Notes under the pieces: model-generated
The model's input: only the letters and a program-made list of their open reading frames with translations
Database searches by the model: none
What the model was told of the DNA's origin: nothing
Assembly: GCF_046105845.1 (NCBI RefSeq)
Contig: NZ_CP151004.1
DNA: 64,000 nucleotides
Direction: 5' to 3' (one strand)
Source of the DNA: Escherichia coli
GTDB lineage: Bacteria; Pseudomonadota; Gammaproteobacteria; Enterobacterales; Enterobacteriaceae
Shown: one piece after another, positions 1 through 12,400 of the stretch
Layout of the letters: each line of letters begins with the position of its first letter
How positions within the stretch are numbered: the first letter of the stretch is position 1
Made by a program: the position numbers and the translations under genes

Positions 1-837
1 ACTGCCGAGAATGACGACAAAGACCTGAACACGCAACACCAGCAGTCGACCAAACTTATCCGCCAGACGTCCAATCGGCCATTGTCCAAGGATACCCGCA
101 CTGACCAGTACCGCCATCCAGAAACCAATGCTGGCATTGCTCACCCCTTTGTGATTGAGGTACAGCGGCATCAGGCCATATAGAGATCCCAGAACGATTC
201 CTGAGATAATGCAGCCATTCACGCCAAGCCGCGCCTGACGGAGTTTTAGCATTGACGTAATTGACGTCGAATCATGGTTTTCAGCCTGCTGATTCAGCAC
301 ACGCGTAAACAACAGCGGTAAGATCCCTGCCAACGTCAAACCTGTAACCCACGGCAATACGGACATCAGCTCGGTTGAAACTTTGCTGACCAGTAACTGG
401 CCTAAAAACGTTCCCACGTAATAAACCATCATATACGCAGCAAGCAAACGCCCACGGTTACGTGACGTCCCACTGCACATCAGCGCGCTCTCAACAACCA
501 CCCAAATCATGGCACAGCCGACGCCGGCGACAAAACGCCAAGCCAACCAGCTCCAGAATCCAATCATCAGGCCAAGGCCGGCACAGCCAGCGGCAAAAAT
601 GAAGGAGGCCAGATAATAGCTGCGGTTAAAGCCAATGCGCTTAATGACATACCCTGTCAGCAATGTACCGACCAGGTTGCCGGTAAAATAGGATGAGCTG
701 ACAACGCCTACCTGCCATGTGGACATGTGTTCCTGGGCGAGCCAAAGCGGCACGAGTGTATTTAACACTGCGATCGCCAGAGTCAACAAAAGCAGGCCAG
801 ACAGCAAAAGCATGACAGGCCGGGTATACGTGGACAT
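1..837 (-). CDS. ycaD: MFS transporter YcaD, N-terminal ~279 codons; gene runs off the window start
   Basis: Reverse-strand reading from ATG at 835-837 gives [46 protein letters not shown]..., which I recognise as YcaD; frame stays open to position 1. Missing from the ORF track because it is truncated. Confidence 0.8.
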   Translation of the reverse strand, partial: MSTYTRPVMLLLSGLLLLTLAIAVLNTLVPLWLAQEHMSTWQVGVVSSSYFTGNLVGTLLTGYVIKRIGFNRSYYLASFIFAAGCAGLGLMIGFWSWLAWRFVAGVGCAMIWVVVESALMCSGTSRNRGRLLAAYMMVYYVGTFLGQLLVSKVSTELMSVLPWVTGLTLAGILPLLFTRVLNQQAENHDSTSITSMLKLRQARLGVNGCIISGIVLGSLYGLMPLYLNHKGVSNASIGFWMAVLVSAGILGQWPIGRLADKFGRLLVLRVQVFVVILGS

Positions 838-1151
838 GAATTAAAACCGTGAGGAAGTTCAAATTTCATGCGCATCATGCCACCGCCAAAAACATTGTCA
901 ATGGGTGAAAATACGCGCATATCGCAGCGGAGGTATTATCGATTTATATTACTCATTCATAACGCTAATGCTGGAGAGACGATTAATCTCATCTGATTGT
1001 TTTTATTGATCTAACACAAATTTCATACGCTTCGTTCAGTCGAAAAATTTCATGGTCACAGCAAACTCATATTTCCCGTCTATGCTTTCAGAGCAATGCA
1101 TCGCGTCTGACCGATTTCAGACGTACCACTGACTCTCGAAAGGAGAAGAGG

Positions 1152-1778
1152 ATGACCAAACCGTATGTTCGTCTTGATAAAAATGATGCTGCCGTTTTGC
1201 TTGTTGATCACCAGGCTGGTTTACTTTCCCTTGTACGGGATATCGAACCCGATAAGTTTAAAAATAACGTGCTGGCGCTGGGTGACCTGGCTAAGTATTT
1301 CAACTTACCAACTATTCTTACCACCAGTTTTGAAACCGGTCCTAACGGCCCATTAGTTCCAGAACTGAAAGCACAATTCCCCGATGCACCTTACATTGCT
1401 CGCCCGGGCAATATTAACGCCTGGGATAACGAAGATTTTGTAAAAGCAGTCAAAGCGACAGGTAAAAAACAGTTAATTATTGCCGGTGTGGTAACCGAAG
1501 TTTGCGTGGCATTCCCGGCGCTTTCAGCCATTGAAGAAGGGTTTGACGTCTTTGTCGTGACTGACGCGTCAGGGACCTTTAATGAAATTACCCGGCATTC
1601 GGCATGGGATCGCATGTCGCAAGCTGGTGCGCAATTGATGACATGGTTCGGCGTGGCTTGCGAGCTGCACCGTGACTGGCGTAATGATATTGAAGGACTG
1701 GCGACGTTGTTCTCTAACCACATTCCTGATTATCGTAATTTGATGACCAGTTATGACACATTAACGAAGCAGAAATAA
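1152..1778 (+). CDS. ycaC: Isochorismatase-family hydrolase YcaC
   Basis: 208-aa ORF with RBS aggagaag upstream of ATG; sequence and length match YcaC as recalled. Confidence 0.9.
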   Translation: MTKPYVRLDKNDAAVLLVDHQAGLLSLVRDIEPDKFKNNVLALGDLAKYFNLPTILTTSFETGPNGPLVPELKAQFPDAPYIARPGNINAWDNEDFVKAVKATGKKQLIIAGVVTEVCVAFPALSAIEEGFDVFVVTDASGTFNEITRHSAWDRMSQAGAQLMTWFGVACELHRDWRNDIEGLATLFSNHIPDYRNLMTSYDTLTKQK

Positions 1779-1783
1779 AAGAG

Positions 1784-1805
1784 AACCGGGGTCGAAACCC
1801 CGGTT
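1784..1805. terminator. Bidirectional hairpin between convergent ycaC and dmsC
   Basis: Inverted repeat aaccgggg / ccccggtt in the 35-bp gap between two converging stop codons. Confidence 0.5.
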
Positions 1806-1813
1806 GTTACTGA

Positions 1814-2677
1814 TTAGCTTGCGACGGCCATCCCCACGGTCATATGCAAACCATAGAATACGCCGCGGCCGATTAATTCTCCTGCCAGAAGCAGAATGAA
1901 TGAGACGGATAGTAGCGGAACCGCAGGCTGATAACCTTTTAGCTGTGGTGCAATCCACAAACACAGGGCAACAGCCAAAAGCACGATCCGCCAGGACATC
2001 AGCGCACCATAGTCCGGCACCAGCGCTGCGGCCTGCTGCACAGAACTATGAATAGTCGCCAGCTCTGCGCCCTGCATCACTGACATCACGCCACTCACTA
2101 CCAGTGCCAGTACAGAAATGGCTGGCAGCAGACGCATCGCCCAGCCATCGACGCCAGCCAGACTCAGCAACAGGTAACCCAGTAACGGGCCGCCCATAAA
2201 CATCGTCAGGAAGAAGCCCATCGGCGTCCAGATGCTGTACCAGGTCGGAACGGTATCAATGCTGTTATACACACGCACCATCATCCAGACAAAGATGACG
2301 CCAAGAACCATCGTCACTATCAGCCACAGCGTACGCAATGCCGGTGACAGCTTTTTCAGCATTGCCAGCAACCAGCCGATGCCACCAACAGCAAAAAAGA
2401 TCGAACCGCTGGCGATTTCGTTACTGAGTGCTGAAGCCCCTACCCGGTTGAGCGAGTTAAAGGCGCGCATCGGTGAACCAAGATGAAGCATAGAGGCGAT
2501 AAAGCCAATGCCCATCAGCACCCATAAACCAAACATGCAGGCAATAACACGCTGTTGGGCTTCTGCTCGCAGGTCGCCTTTGAGCAGCGCCAAAGCCAGA
2601 ACGATAAAACCACCTGCTACACATTGCCCGAAGACCGTGAAGATCATCAGCGGCCATTCATGCCATCCACTTCCCAT
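1814..2677 (-). CDS. dmsC: DMSO reductase membrane anchor subunit DmsC
   Basis: ORF 1814..2740; start placed at internal ATG giving MGSGWHEWPLMIF..., 287 aa, right after dmsB stop. Hydrophobic throughout. Confidence 0.9.
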   Translation of the reverse strand: MGSGWHEWPLMIFTVFGQCVAGGFIVLALALLKGDLRAEAQQRVIACMFGLWVLMGIGFIASMLHLGSPMRAFNSLNRVGASALSNEIASGSIFFAVGGIGWLLAMLKKLSPALRTLWLIVTMVLGVIFVWMMVRVYNSIDTVPTWYSIWTPMGFFLTMFMGGPLLGYLLLSLAGVDGWAMRLLPAISVLALVVSGVMSVMQGAELATIHSSVQQAAALVPDYGALMSWRIVLLAVALCLWIAPQLKGYQPAVPLLSVSFILLLAGELIGRGVFYGLHMTVGMAVAS

Positions 2678-2678
2678 C

Positions 2679-3296
2679 TCACACCTCCTTCGGGTTTGCC
2701 AGATAGCCAGTGGTATCCCCGGTCGGGCGGCTGTTGGCATTGGGTTTGATCACAATATTCGGTTTGGTAAAGTGAGCTCGCGGCAACGGCGCAACGGCCG
2801 CCAGATCGCCATGTTTTTTACGCAGCTCGTCGATAGGGCCGAAATCCAGCGCCCGCAGCGGGCAAGATTCAACACAGATCGGCTTTTTCCCCTCCGCAAC
2901 ACGGTCATAACAACCATCGCATTTGGTCATATGGCCTTTCGTTTCGTTATATTGCGGTGCGCCATACGGGCAAGCCATATGGCAGTAGCGGCAGCCAATG
3001 CACACATCTTCATCGACCACAACAAAACCATCTTCACGTTTATGCATCGCACCACTCGGGCAGACTTTAGTACAAGCCGGATCTTCGCAGTGGTTACATG
3101 AAATCGACAGATAGTAGGCAAACACGTTCTGATGCCAGACACCGTTATCTTCCTGCCAGTCACCGCCAGCATATTCATAAATGCGGCGGAAGCTGACTTC
3201 CGGCGTCAGATCTTTATAGTCTTTACAGGCCAGCTCGCAGGTTTTGCAACCGGTGCAACGGCTGGAATCAATAAAAAATCCATACTGGGTTGTCAT
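2679..3296 (-). CDS. dmsB: DMSO reductase iron-sulfur subunit DmsB
   Basis: 205 aa with several CxxCxxCxxxCP ferredoxin-type cysteine clusters; position between dmsA and dmsC. Confidence 0.95.
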   Translation of the reverse strand: MTTQYGFFIDSSRCTGCKTCELACKDYKDLTPEVSFRRIYEYAGGDWQEDNGVWHQNVFAYYLSISCNHCEDPACTKVCPSGAMHKREDGFVVVDEDVCIGCRYCHMACPYGAPQYNETKGHMTKCDGCYDRVAEGKKPICVESCPLRALDFGPIDELRKKHGDLAAVAPLPRAHFTKPNIVIKPNANSRPTGDTTGYLANPKEV

Positions 3297-3306
3297 CGGT
3301 TACTCC

Positions 3307-5751
3307 TTACACCTTTTCAACCTGAACCAGGTTTGTATGTGACGGATTCCCCTTAGCGAGAGGAGACGGACGTTGAGTGGTCAGTACGTTAATACAACCG
3401 CCCTTATCGACACGTTTTGCATCCGGGTCATACCAGGCACCTTCACCCAGTGCGACCACACCCGGCATCATTCGTGGCGTCACTTTCGCCTCAATATGAA
3501 CTTCACCACGGTCGTTAAAGATCCTGACCTTATCGCCGTTGTTGATACCGCGTTTTTGTGCATCAAGCGGGTTGATCCACATTTCCTGACGGCAAGCTGC
3601 TTTCAGCACATCAACGTTGCCGTAAGTTGAGTGAACGCGAGATTTGTAGTGGAAGCCAGTAAGCTGCAGCGGATATTGTTTGTTCAGCGGATCCTGATAA
3701 CTTTCAAAGCCCGGCGTATAGATCGGCAGTGGATCGATCACATCGCCTTCTGGCAATTCCCAGGTCGCGGCAATGTCAGCCAGCGCCTGCGAATAAATCT
3801 CAATTTTACCCGATGGCGTGGTCAGTGGATTTGCCTGAGGATCTTCACGGAAAGCTTTATAAGCAACGTGGTGCCCTTGTGGGTCGCGCTTTTTAAAGAT
3901 CCCCTGCTTGCGGAACTCTTCAAACGTTGGCAGTTCAGGAATCGCTTCCCGCGACTGGGCATACAGATGCCGCATCCACTCTTCCTGTGTACGGCCTTCA
4001 GTAAACTGTTGCTCAACGCCAAGACGTTTTGCCAGTTCGCTGGTCATTTCATAGATGGTCTTACATTCAAAGCGCGGTTTAATCACCTGATCGTTGAAAA
4101 TCACGTAAGACATATTCCCGCAGGATGCATCCAGTGCAAAGTCCATCTGTTCGGAAGCGGTGCAGTCAGGCAGCAGGATGTCAGCATATTTCGCCGATGA
4201 GGTCATGTGGCAGTCGATAACCACAATCAGCTCGCACTTCTTATCATCCTGAAGGATTTCATGGGTACGGTTGATTTCAGAATGCTGGTTAATCAGGCAG
4301 TTACCAGCATAGTTCCAGATCATTTTGATCGGCACATCCAGCTTATCTTTCCCGCGCACACCATCACGCAGCGCCGTCATTTCCGGGCCACGTTCAATGG
4401 CATCGGTCCACATAAACATCGAAATGCTGGTCTGGATCGGGTTTTCGAGGGTCGGCATACGGACAAACGGTAAGCTGTATGAACCTTCACGCGCGCCGCT
4501 GTTCCCCCCGTTAATACCAACGTTACCGGTCAGAATCGCCAGCATCGAGATAGCACGGGTTGCGATTTCACCGTTAGCGTGACGCTGCGGGCCCCATCCC
4601 TGGCTGATAAACGCCGGTTTGGTACTACCGATTTCACGAGCCAATTTGATGATTTTGTCTGCCGGAACACCGGTGATTTGCGAGGCCCATTCCGGCGTTT
4701 TAGCCACGCCATCTGGCCCTTCACCCAGAATATAAGCTTTATAGTGACCATTTTTCGGCGCACTGGCTGGCAGTGTTTTCTCGTCGTAGCCAACGCAATA
4801 TTTATCGAGGAATGCCTGATCCACCAGGTTTTCGGTGATCATGACATACGCCAGACCGTTAACCAGTGCGGCATCTGTTCCCGGACGAATAGGGATCCAC
4901 TCATCTTCGCGCCCGGCACCGGTGTCGGTATAGCGCGGATCGATGATGATCATGCGAGCATTAGATTTCTGGCGCGCCTGTTCAAGATAGTAAGTCACCC
5001 CACCGCCACTCATTCGCGTTTCGCCAGGGTTATTACCAAACAGCACTACCAGTTTACTGTTTTCGATATCCGACGGGCTGTTACCATCTGCCCAGCCGCC
5101 GTAGGTATAGTTCAAACCTTCCGCAATTTGCGCGGAAGAGTAGTCACCGTAATGGTTCAGATAACCGCCGCAGCAGTTCATCAGGCGAGCGACCAGGGTA
5201 TTTCCCGGCGGCCAGGAGCGGGTCATGGTGCCGCCCAGCGTACCGGTACCATAGTTCAGATAGATAGACTCGTTGCCGTACTCTTTGATCAGGCGCTGCA
5301 TATTGGTCGCGATGATGTCGTAGGCTTCTTCCCAGCTAATGCGCTCGAATTTGCCTTCACCGCGCGCCCCGACTCGTTTCATCGGATATTTCAGGCGGTC
5401 CGGATTGTAGACACGGCGACGCATGGAACGCCCACGCAGACAGGCGCGCACCTGGTGCAGGCCGTCATAGTTGTCATCGCCGGTATTATCCGTTTCAACA
5501 TATTTAATTTCACCGTCCACAACGTGCATACGTAGCGGGCAGCGGCTACCACAGTTAACTGTACAGGCGCTCCAGATTACCTTTTCGTCTGACTTTGCCG
5601 GAAGGGCACTATCAACAGCGTGCGCAATTCGACTAAAAGGTAATGTTAATGCGCTGCTGGCCATTGCCAGGCCGCCGATCGCTGTCGTTTTTACCAAACC
5701 ACGGCGACTCACCTCAGCAGCCAATACCGCATCAGGGATTTTCGTTTTCAT
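3307..5751 (-). CDS. dmsA: DMSO reductase catalytic subunit DmsA (molybdopterin; Tat signal)
   Basis: 814 aa; N-terminus carries twin-arginine motif SRRGLVK; N-terminal Cys cluster; operon context dmsABC. Confidence 0.95.
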   Translation of the reverse strand: MKTKIPDAVLAAEVSRRGLVKTTAIGGLAMASSALTLPFSRIAHAVDSALPAKSDEKVIWSACTVNCGSRCPLRMHVVDGEIKYVETDNTGDDNYDGLHQVRACLRGRSMRRRVYNPDRLKYPMKRVGARGEGKFERISWEEAYDIIATNMQRLIKEYGNESIYLNYGTGTLGGTMTRSWPPGNTLVARLMNCCGGYLNHYGDYSSAQIAEGLNYTYGGWADGNSPSDIENSKLVVLFGNNPGETRMSGGGVTYYLEQARQKSNARMIIIDPRYTDTGAGREDEWIPIRPGTDAALVNGLAYVMITENLVDQAFLDKYCVGYDEKTLPASAPKNGHYKAYILGEGPDGVAKTPEWASQITGVPADKIIKLAREIGSTKPAFISQGWGPQRHANGEIATRAISMLAILTGNVGINGGNSGAREGSYSLPFVRMPTLENPIQTSISMFMWTDAIERGPEMTALRDGVRGKDKLDVPIKMIWNYAGNCLINQHSEINRTHEILQDDKKCELIVVIDCHMTSSAKYADILLPDCTASEQMDFALDASCGNMSYVIFNDQVIKPRFECKTIYEMTSELAKRLGVEQQFTEGRTQEEWMRHLYAQSREAIPELPTFEEFRKQGIFKKRDPQGHHVAYKAFREDPQANPLTTPSGKIEIYSQALADIAATWELPEGDVIDPLPIYTPGFESYQDPLNKQYPLQLTGFHYKSRVHSTYGNVDVLKAACRQEMWINPLDAQKRGINNGDKVRIFNDRGEVHIEAKVTPRMMPGVVALGEGAWYDPDAKRVDKGGCINVLTTQRPSPLAKGNPSHTNLVQVEKV

Positions 5752-5943
5752 AATGGCTCACTCAAGCTTGCTCACGATTGATTCCAGTAACAAACCGTAT
5801 TGTGTAATTATTTCTATAGCAGGTCGCTATATAGGCTTGTATACATCGAATAATTTGAAAATCAAAGAGATAGGTAGATTTTCACTCGAAAGTAGTATTA
5901 CGTGTAAGTGAGGAGTAATTATTGTTCGGTATCAAAGGGAGAC

Positions 5944-5969
5944 AAAAAAAGCGCCCGCAGGCGCTTTTT
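5944..5969 (-). terminator. Rho-independent terminator downstream of serS
   Basis: Perfect palindrome aaaaagcgcc-cgca-ggcgcttttt flanked by A and T runs, just past the serS stop. Confidence 0.7.
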
Positions 5970-5989
5970 AGATTCAGAAAAATTGGGTA

Positions 5990-7303
<1,314 letters not shown>

Positions 7304-7372
7304 TTAAATGGGAGATGTGGCCACAGCCTGCGACCACAGGGATACAGTAACAACATTACCGCAACGATAACA

Positions 7373-8716
7373 TTAACGGTAGCGTTTTATGGGGCTATTT
7401 TGATCCTGTTCAGCCAGCCAGGCGAGCTTTTCGCCAATCTTGCCTTCAAGGCCCCTGTTTGTCGGGAAATAATAGCGTGTTTGTGCTATTTCCGGCGGGA
7501 AATAAACCTCACCGGCAGCATAAGCGTTTGCTTCATCATGAGCGTAACGATATTCCTGCCCGTAGCCCATTTCCTTCATTAATTTTGTCGGCGCATTACG
7601 CAAATGAACCGGCACGTCATAATCCGGACGTTCGCGAGCATCCGCCAGCGCGGCTTTAAACGCAGTGTAGACAGCGTTGCTTTTTGGCGCGCAGGCGAGG
7701 TAAACAATCGCCTGAGCAATGGCGCGTTCACCTTCCGCCGGGCCAACTCGGGTAAAGCAATCCCAGGCCGCAATTGCCACCTGCATCGCTCGTGGATCAG
7801 CATTACCCACATCTTCAGACGCAATCGCCAGACAGCGACGCGCAACATATAACGGATCGCCACCAGCGGTAATAATTCGCGCATACCAGTACAGCGCCGC
7901 ATCGGGTGCACTACCACGTACCGACTTATGCAGTGCGGAAATGAGATCGTAAAAGCGATCGCCTTTGTTATCAAAGCGGGCGCTACGTTCACCGGCGATT
8001 TCGGTCAGTAATTCAGGCTTCAGGACCCGCTTACCGCTATCATCGACTTCGGCCATATCAGCCATCATTTCCAGCGTATTTAACGCCCGGCGCGCGTCGC
8101 CATTCACCAGTTCAGCAATGGCGCGTCGTGTTTCATCTGGCAGAACAATATCCTGACCACCATAGCCACGGGTTTTGTCTTCCATCGCCTGAGTCAGTAC
8201 TTGCTCAATATCCTCTGTACTCAGGGATTTCAACAGATAGACACGGGCACGGGAAAGCAGTGCCGAATTAAGCTCAAACGACGGGTTTTCAGTGGTTGCG
8301 CCAATAAAAGTGATGGTGCCGTCTTCAATATGTGGCAGAAATGCATCCTGCTGGCTTTTGTTGAAACGGTGAACTTCGTCAACAAAAAGAATAGTGCGGC
8401 GACCTGCATTGCGGTTTTGCCGAGCGCGCTCTATCGCCTCGCGAATCTCTTTCACGCCAGAGGTGACGGCAGAAATACGTTCCACATCAGCATTCGCATA
8501 GCGGGCAATCACTTCAGCGAGGGTTGTTTTGCCGGTACCCGGTGGCCCCCAGAGGATCATCGAATGCAAATGCCCGGCTTCGATTGCACGCGGCAACGGC
8601 TTCCCCGCAGCCAGCAAATGTTGCTGACCGATATACTGTGCTAAATTTTCTGGCCGCATACGCGCGGCCAGAGGTTGAAAAGTATTATCCGAAAAATCGA
8701 GCGACAGATTGCTCAC
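7373..8716 (-). CDS. rarA: Replication-associated recombination protein A (AAA+ ATPase)
   Basis: 447 aa; Walker [10 protein letters not shown]; recognised as RarA/MgsA. Confidence 0.95.
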
Positions 8717-8726
8717 TCAGGTGCCT

Positions 8727-9338
8727 CTACTTACGTTGATCATCTACCGTGACGCCTTGCGGCGGGGTGAAGGTAAATTTCGCTGCATCCACAGCCCCAT
8801 TTTGCTGGGATTTCAGCTGATAACTGCTGCGCTGATCGTCCTGCTCCACCGCGCTAAACTGATGGATCGTGCCATCACGTCCCACGTTAATGGTGAACTG
8901 CTTCAGATTGCCATTGCTGGCTTTCGGCGTCAGGACAAAGTCATCGCCATTCTGTTTGATATTGTACTGCTGCCAGTCGCTGGACTGGTTGCGGGCAATC
9001 AGCATAAACGGCGTATTACCGGTGGCATCTTTCAGCCAGGTTGCCGTAGCTTGCTCAACGAACGGGTTATAGAACCACAGTGTTTTACCGTCAGAAACCA
9101 GAATGCTTTCATCAGGTTGAGTCATATGCCAGTTGAATAAGTTTGGACGCTTCACCCACAGATCGCCCTGGCCTTCCTGCACCGCCGCGCCGCTACCGTC
9201 AGTCACTTTTTGTGTGAAGCTGGCGTGGAAGCTGCTGACTTTATCCAGGCGGCTTTTAAGATCGCTTGCGGCATCAGCCCAAACGCTGCTTGCTACTAAG
9301 CTTGAGAGTAATGCACAGGTGATGGCAATTTTTTTCAT
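8727..9338 (-). CDS. lolA: Periplasmic lipoprotein chaperone LolA
   Basis: ORF 8727..9341; start at second Met gives [21 protein letters not shown] signal peptide, 203 aa. Confidence 0.95.
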
Positions 9339-9450
9339 CATTATTCCTCAAATTACGTCACTCCCGATCGGGAGTTCCCTCTACTCTCTATTCCAGGCTA
9401 ATAATCAGCTTGAGGAAAGAAGAAAATACTGAATTTTCAGTTACCAGATT

Positions 9451-9486
9451 GCCGGATGCGACGCTACCGCGCCTTATCCGGCCTAC
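9451..9486. repeat. REP (repetitive extragenic palindromic) element
   Basis: gccggatgcgacgctaccgcgccttatccggcctac matches the classical E. coli REP consensus; lies in the lolA-ftsK intergenic gap. Confidence 0.65.
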
Positions 9487-9496
9487 GATGCATTAA

Positions 9497-12400
9497 TTAG
9501 TCAAACGGCGGTGGGGCCAGCACTTCACGATTACCGTTGTGCCCCTGCTCGCTGACAATCCCCTGCGCTTCCATCTGTTCGATAATACGCGCTGCACGGT
9601 TATAACCAATGCGGAACTGACGCTGTACGCCAGAAATTGATGCTTTGCGTTTTTCAGTGACAAACTGCACCGCCTGATCGAACAACGGATCCAGCTCTTC
9701 AGCGCCATCGAAACCGCCCGCGCCACCTTCGCTTTCGCTGTCGGAGGTGATGCCATCAACATACTGTGGGCGACCACGCGCTTTCCAGTCCTGCACCACG
9801 GCATGAACTTCCTGATCGCGAACAAAAGCACCATGAACACGTACCGGCAACGTGGAGTTCGGCCCAGAGTAAAGCATATCCCCCATACCCAGTAGTGATT
9901 CCGCGCCAGCCTGATCAAGAATGGTACGTGAGTCAATCTTACTGGATACGGTAAAGGCGATACGGGTCGGAATATTCGCTTTAATCAGACCAGTAATAAC
10001 ATCAACCGATGGACGCTGAGTTGCCAGTACGAGGTGGATACCCGCGGCACGGGCTTTTTGCGCCAGACGTGCTATCAGCTCTTCCACTTTTTTACCTACG
10101 GTCATCATCAGGTCGGCAAATTCGTCCACCAACACCACAATGTATGGTTCTTTTTTCAGCACCGGATGCTGGGCGTCCATACTGTCACCCGGCTTCCAGT
10201 ACGGGTCTGGAATCGGACGCATCATGCGATCGGCTTCAGCAATTTTTTCGTTATAACCCGCCAGATTACGCACACCTAGGGCGGACATAAGCTTATAACG
10301 ACGTTCCATTTCATTTACGCACCAGCGCAAAGCGTTGGCAGCATCTTTCATGTCGGTAACGACTTCCGTTAACAGATGCGGAATGCCTTCATAAACCGAA
10401 AGCTCCAGCATTTTCGGGTCGATCATGATGAAACGCACATCTTCTGGCTGTGCTTTATAAAGCATGCTCAGGATCATCGCGTTCACACCGACAGACTTAC
10501 CGGAACCGGTAGTCCCCGCAACCAACAAGTGCGGCATTTTCGCCAGATCGGCAACCACCGGCTCACCGGCGATATCTTTACCCAGCACCACGGTTAATGG
10601 CGACGGATTATCGCGGAATTTGGCGTTATCCAAAACTTCGCGCAGATATACGGTTTGTCGTTTTTTATTCGGTAACTCCAGACCTACATAGGGTTTGCCA
10701 GGAATAACTTCAACGACACGCACCGCCACCGTCGAAAGTGAACGGGCAAGGTCCCGTGACAAGTTAGAAATACGCGCCGCTTTTACGCCCGGTGCCAGGT
10801 TAAGTTCAAAGCGAGTGATAACCGGCCCCGGAGAGTAATTGACAACATCGGCTTTAATACGGAAATCAGCCAGACGCGCTTCCACCAGACGCGCCATTTG
10901 TTCAAGCGCAAAGGTATCTACCGGCTCCACTTCGCTCGGCGGAGGTGTCAACAAATCCAAAGAAGGCAGCGGCGTCGTCGGTTTATGCAACGGACGGCTG
11001 TCGCCATTACGCATCAACAGCGGATGAAGCAGGGTATCCTGCGGCTGTGGCGCAACTGGCTGTTGTGGCTGCTGATACTGCGGCTGCGGTGCAACCGGTT
11101 GTTGTGGCTGCTGATACTGCTGCTGCGGTGCAACCGGTTGTTGCGGCTGCTGATATTGTGGCTGCGGCGCAACCTGCTGTTGTGGCTGCTGATACTGCTG
11201 CTGCGGTGCAACCGGTTGTTGCGGCTGCTGTACAGGTTCAACAATTGGCGTAAACAACGGTTCGTGTGGACCATCATCCAGCAACGCTTTCATTGGCGAA
11301 AATTCAAAATCATCCAGCGAGAACGGATTCGCCCCAGCCGGTTGTTCGCCGGAATAACGTTGTTGTTGAGTTTGCGCAAACTGACGAGCCAGTTCAGCCT
11401 CTGCCGCAGCATCTGCATCTTCTGCGTTTACGGGCACATCATGTTGATACTGTTCGCCATAGCGTTGCTGCTGTGTCTGGGCGAACTGACGTGCCAGTTC
11501 ATCCTGCTGCATCGCATCGATTTCATCATCGTTGTACTGATCGCCAGAATCGTACTGATTGCGCTGGGCTTCACGGGCTTTTTCTTCCGCCGCACGCTGT
11601 GAGGGCAGCTTAATACCGTAAGACGCCAATTCACGACGAGTTGGCACGCGGATACGTTTCGGTCGTGGCAACTGCGGGCCAATCCCCTCTTTGACCTGCG
11701 GACGCGGTCCAGCGCTATTTGCCAGACTGAAGACTGGCGCGGCAACGGTTGCGGCAGCCCCCGTCGCCAGTGTCGCTTTTTTCACGCCAGATGCCAGAGG
11801 GGAAACAGCGGCAGCGGCTTCCACTGGAGGTACTGCTGCAACAGAAGGTGCTTTTAGCGAAGATTTGATCGGTTCTGGTTCTTTAACCGGTTCTGGAATC
11901 GGTTGATACCAGGCCGCAAGTTGTTCACGTTCACGGGCTCGCTTCTCTTCCACTTCTTCAAAGTAGTAAAGCGGCGGACGCGCGGGTTTTGTCTCTTCTA
12001 CAACGGGTTCAGGCTCCACAACAGGCTGCTGTTCAACAGGTTGCGGCTGTTGGTACAACGGCTCCTGAGCGACTGGCTGCTGATAAGTTTGCTCAGTCTG
12101 GTATGTAGACTGTGGAGCAAAAGTGGATTGCTGCTCTTCGGCTTGCCAGGCGTTACCTGCCACCGATTGTTCTGGCGCAGGGGCGTAATACGGCTGTTGC
12201 GCAGACTGTTCCGGCGCAGGGGCGTAATACGACTGTTGCGCAGACTGTTCCGGCGCAGTTGCGTAATACGGTTGCTGAACAGGTTGTTCCGCCGCAGGCG
12301 CATAATACGGCTGCTGTGGCTGTACAGGTTGTTGCAGCGGCTCATTATATTGCACTGCAGGCTGCGCATATTGTGGCTGCTGTGGGTAACCTTCCGGTGC

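Noticed and set aside
641-862. 73-aa minus-strand ORF at the ycaD 5' region
   Set aside because: Out-of-frame overlap with ycaD, whose frame matches the known protein; the short ORF is a frame artefact.
2508-3101. 197-aa plus-strand ORF overlapping dmsB/dmsC antisense
   Set aside because: Entirely inside well-supported genes on the opposite strand; composition (Arg/Ser/Ala-rich) is typical of shadow ORFs.
4579-5535. 318-aa plus-strand ORF antisense to dmsA
   Set aside because: Shadow ORF inside dmsA; no RBS or recognisable motifs.
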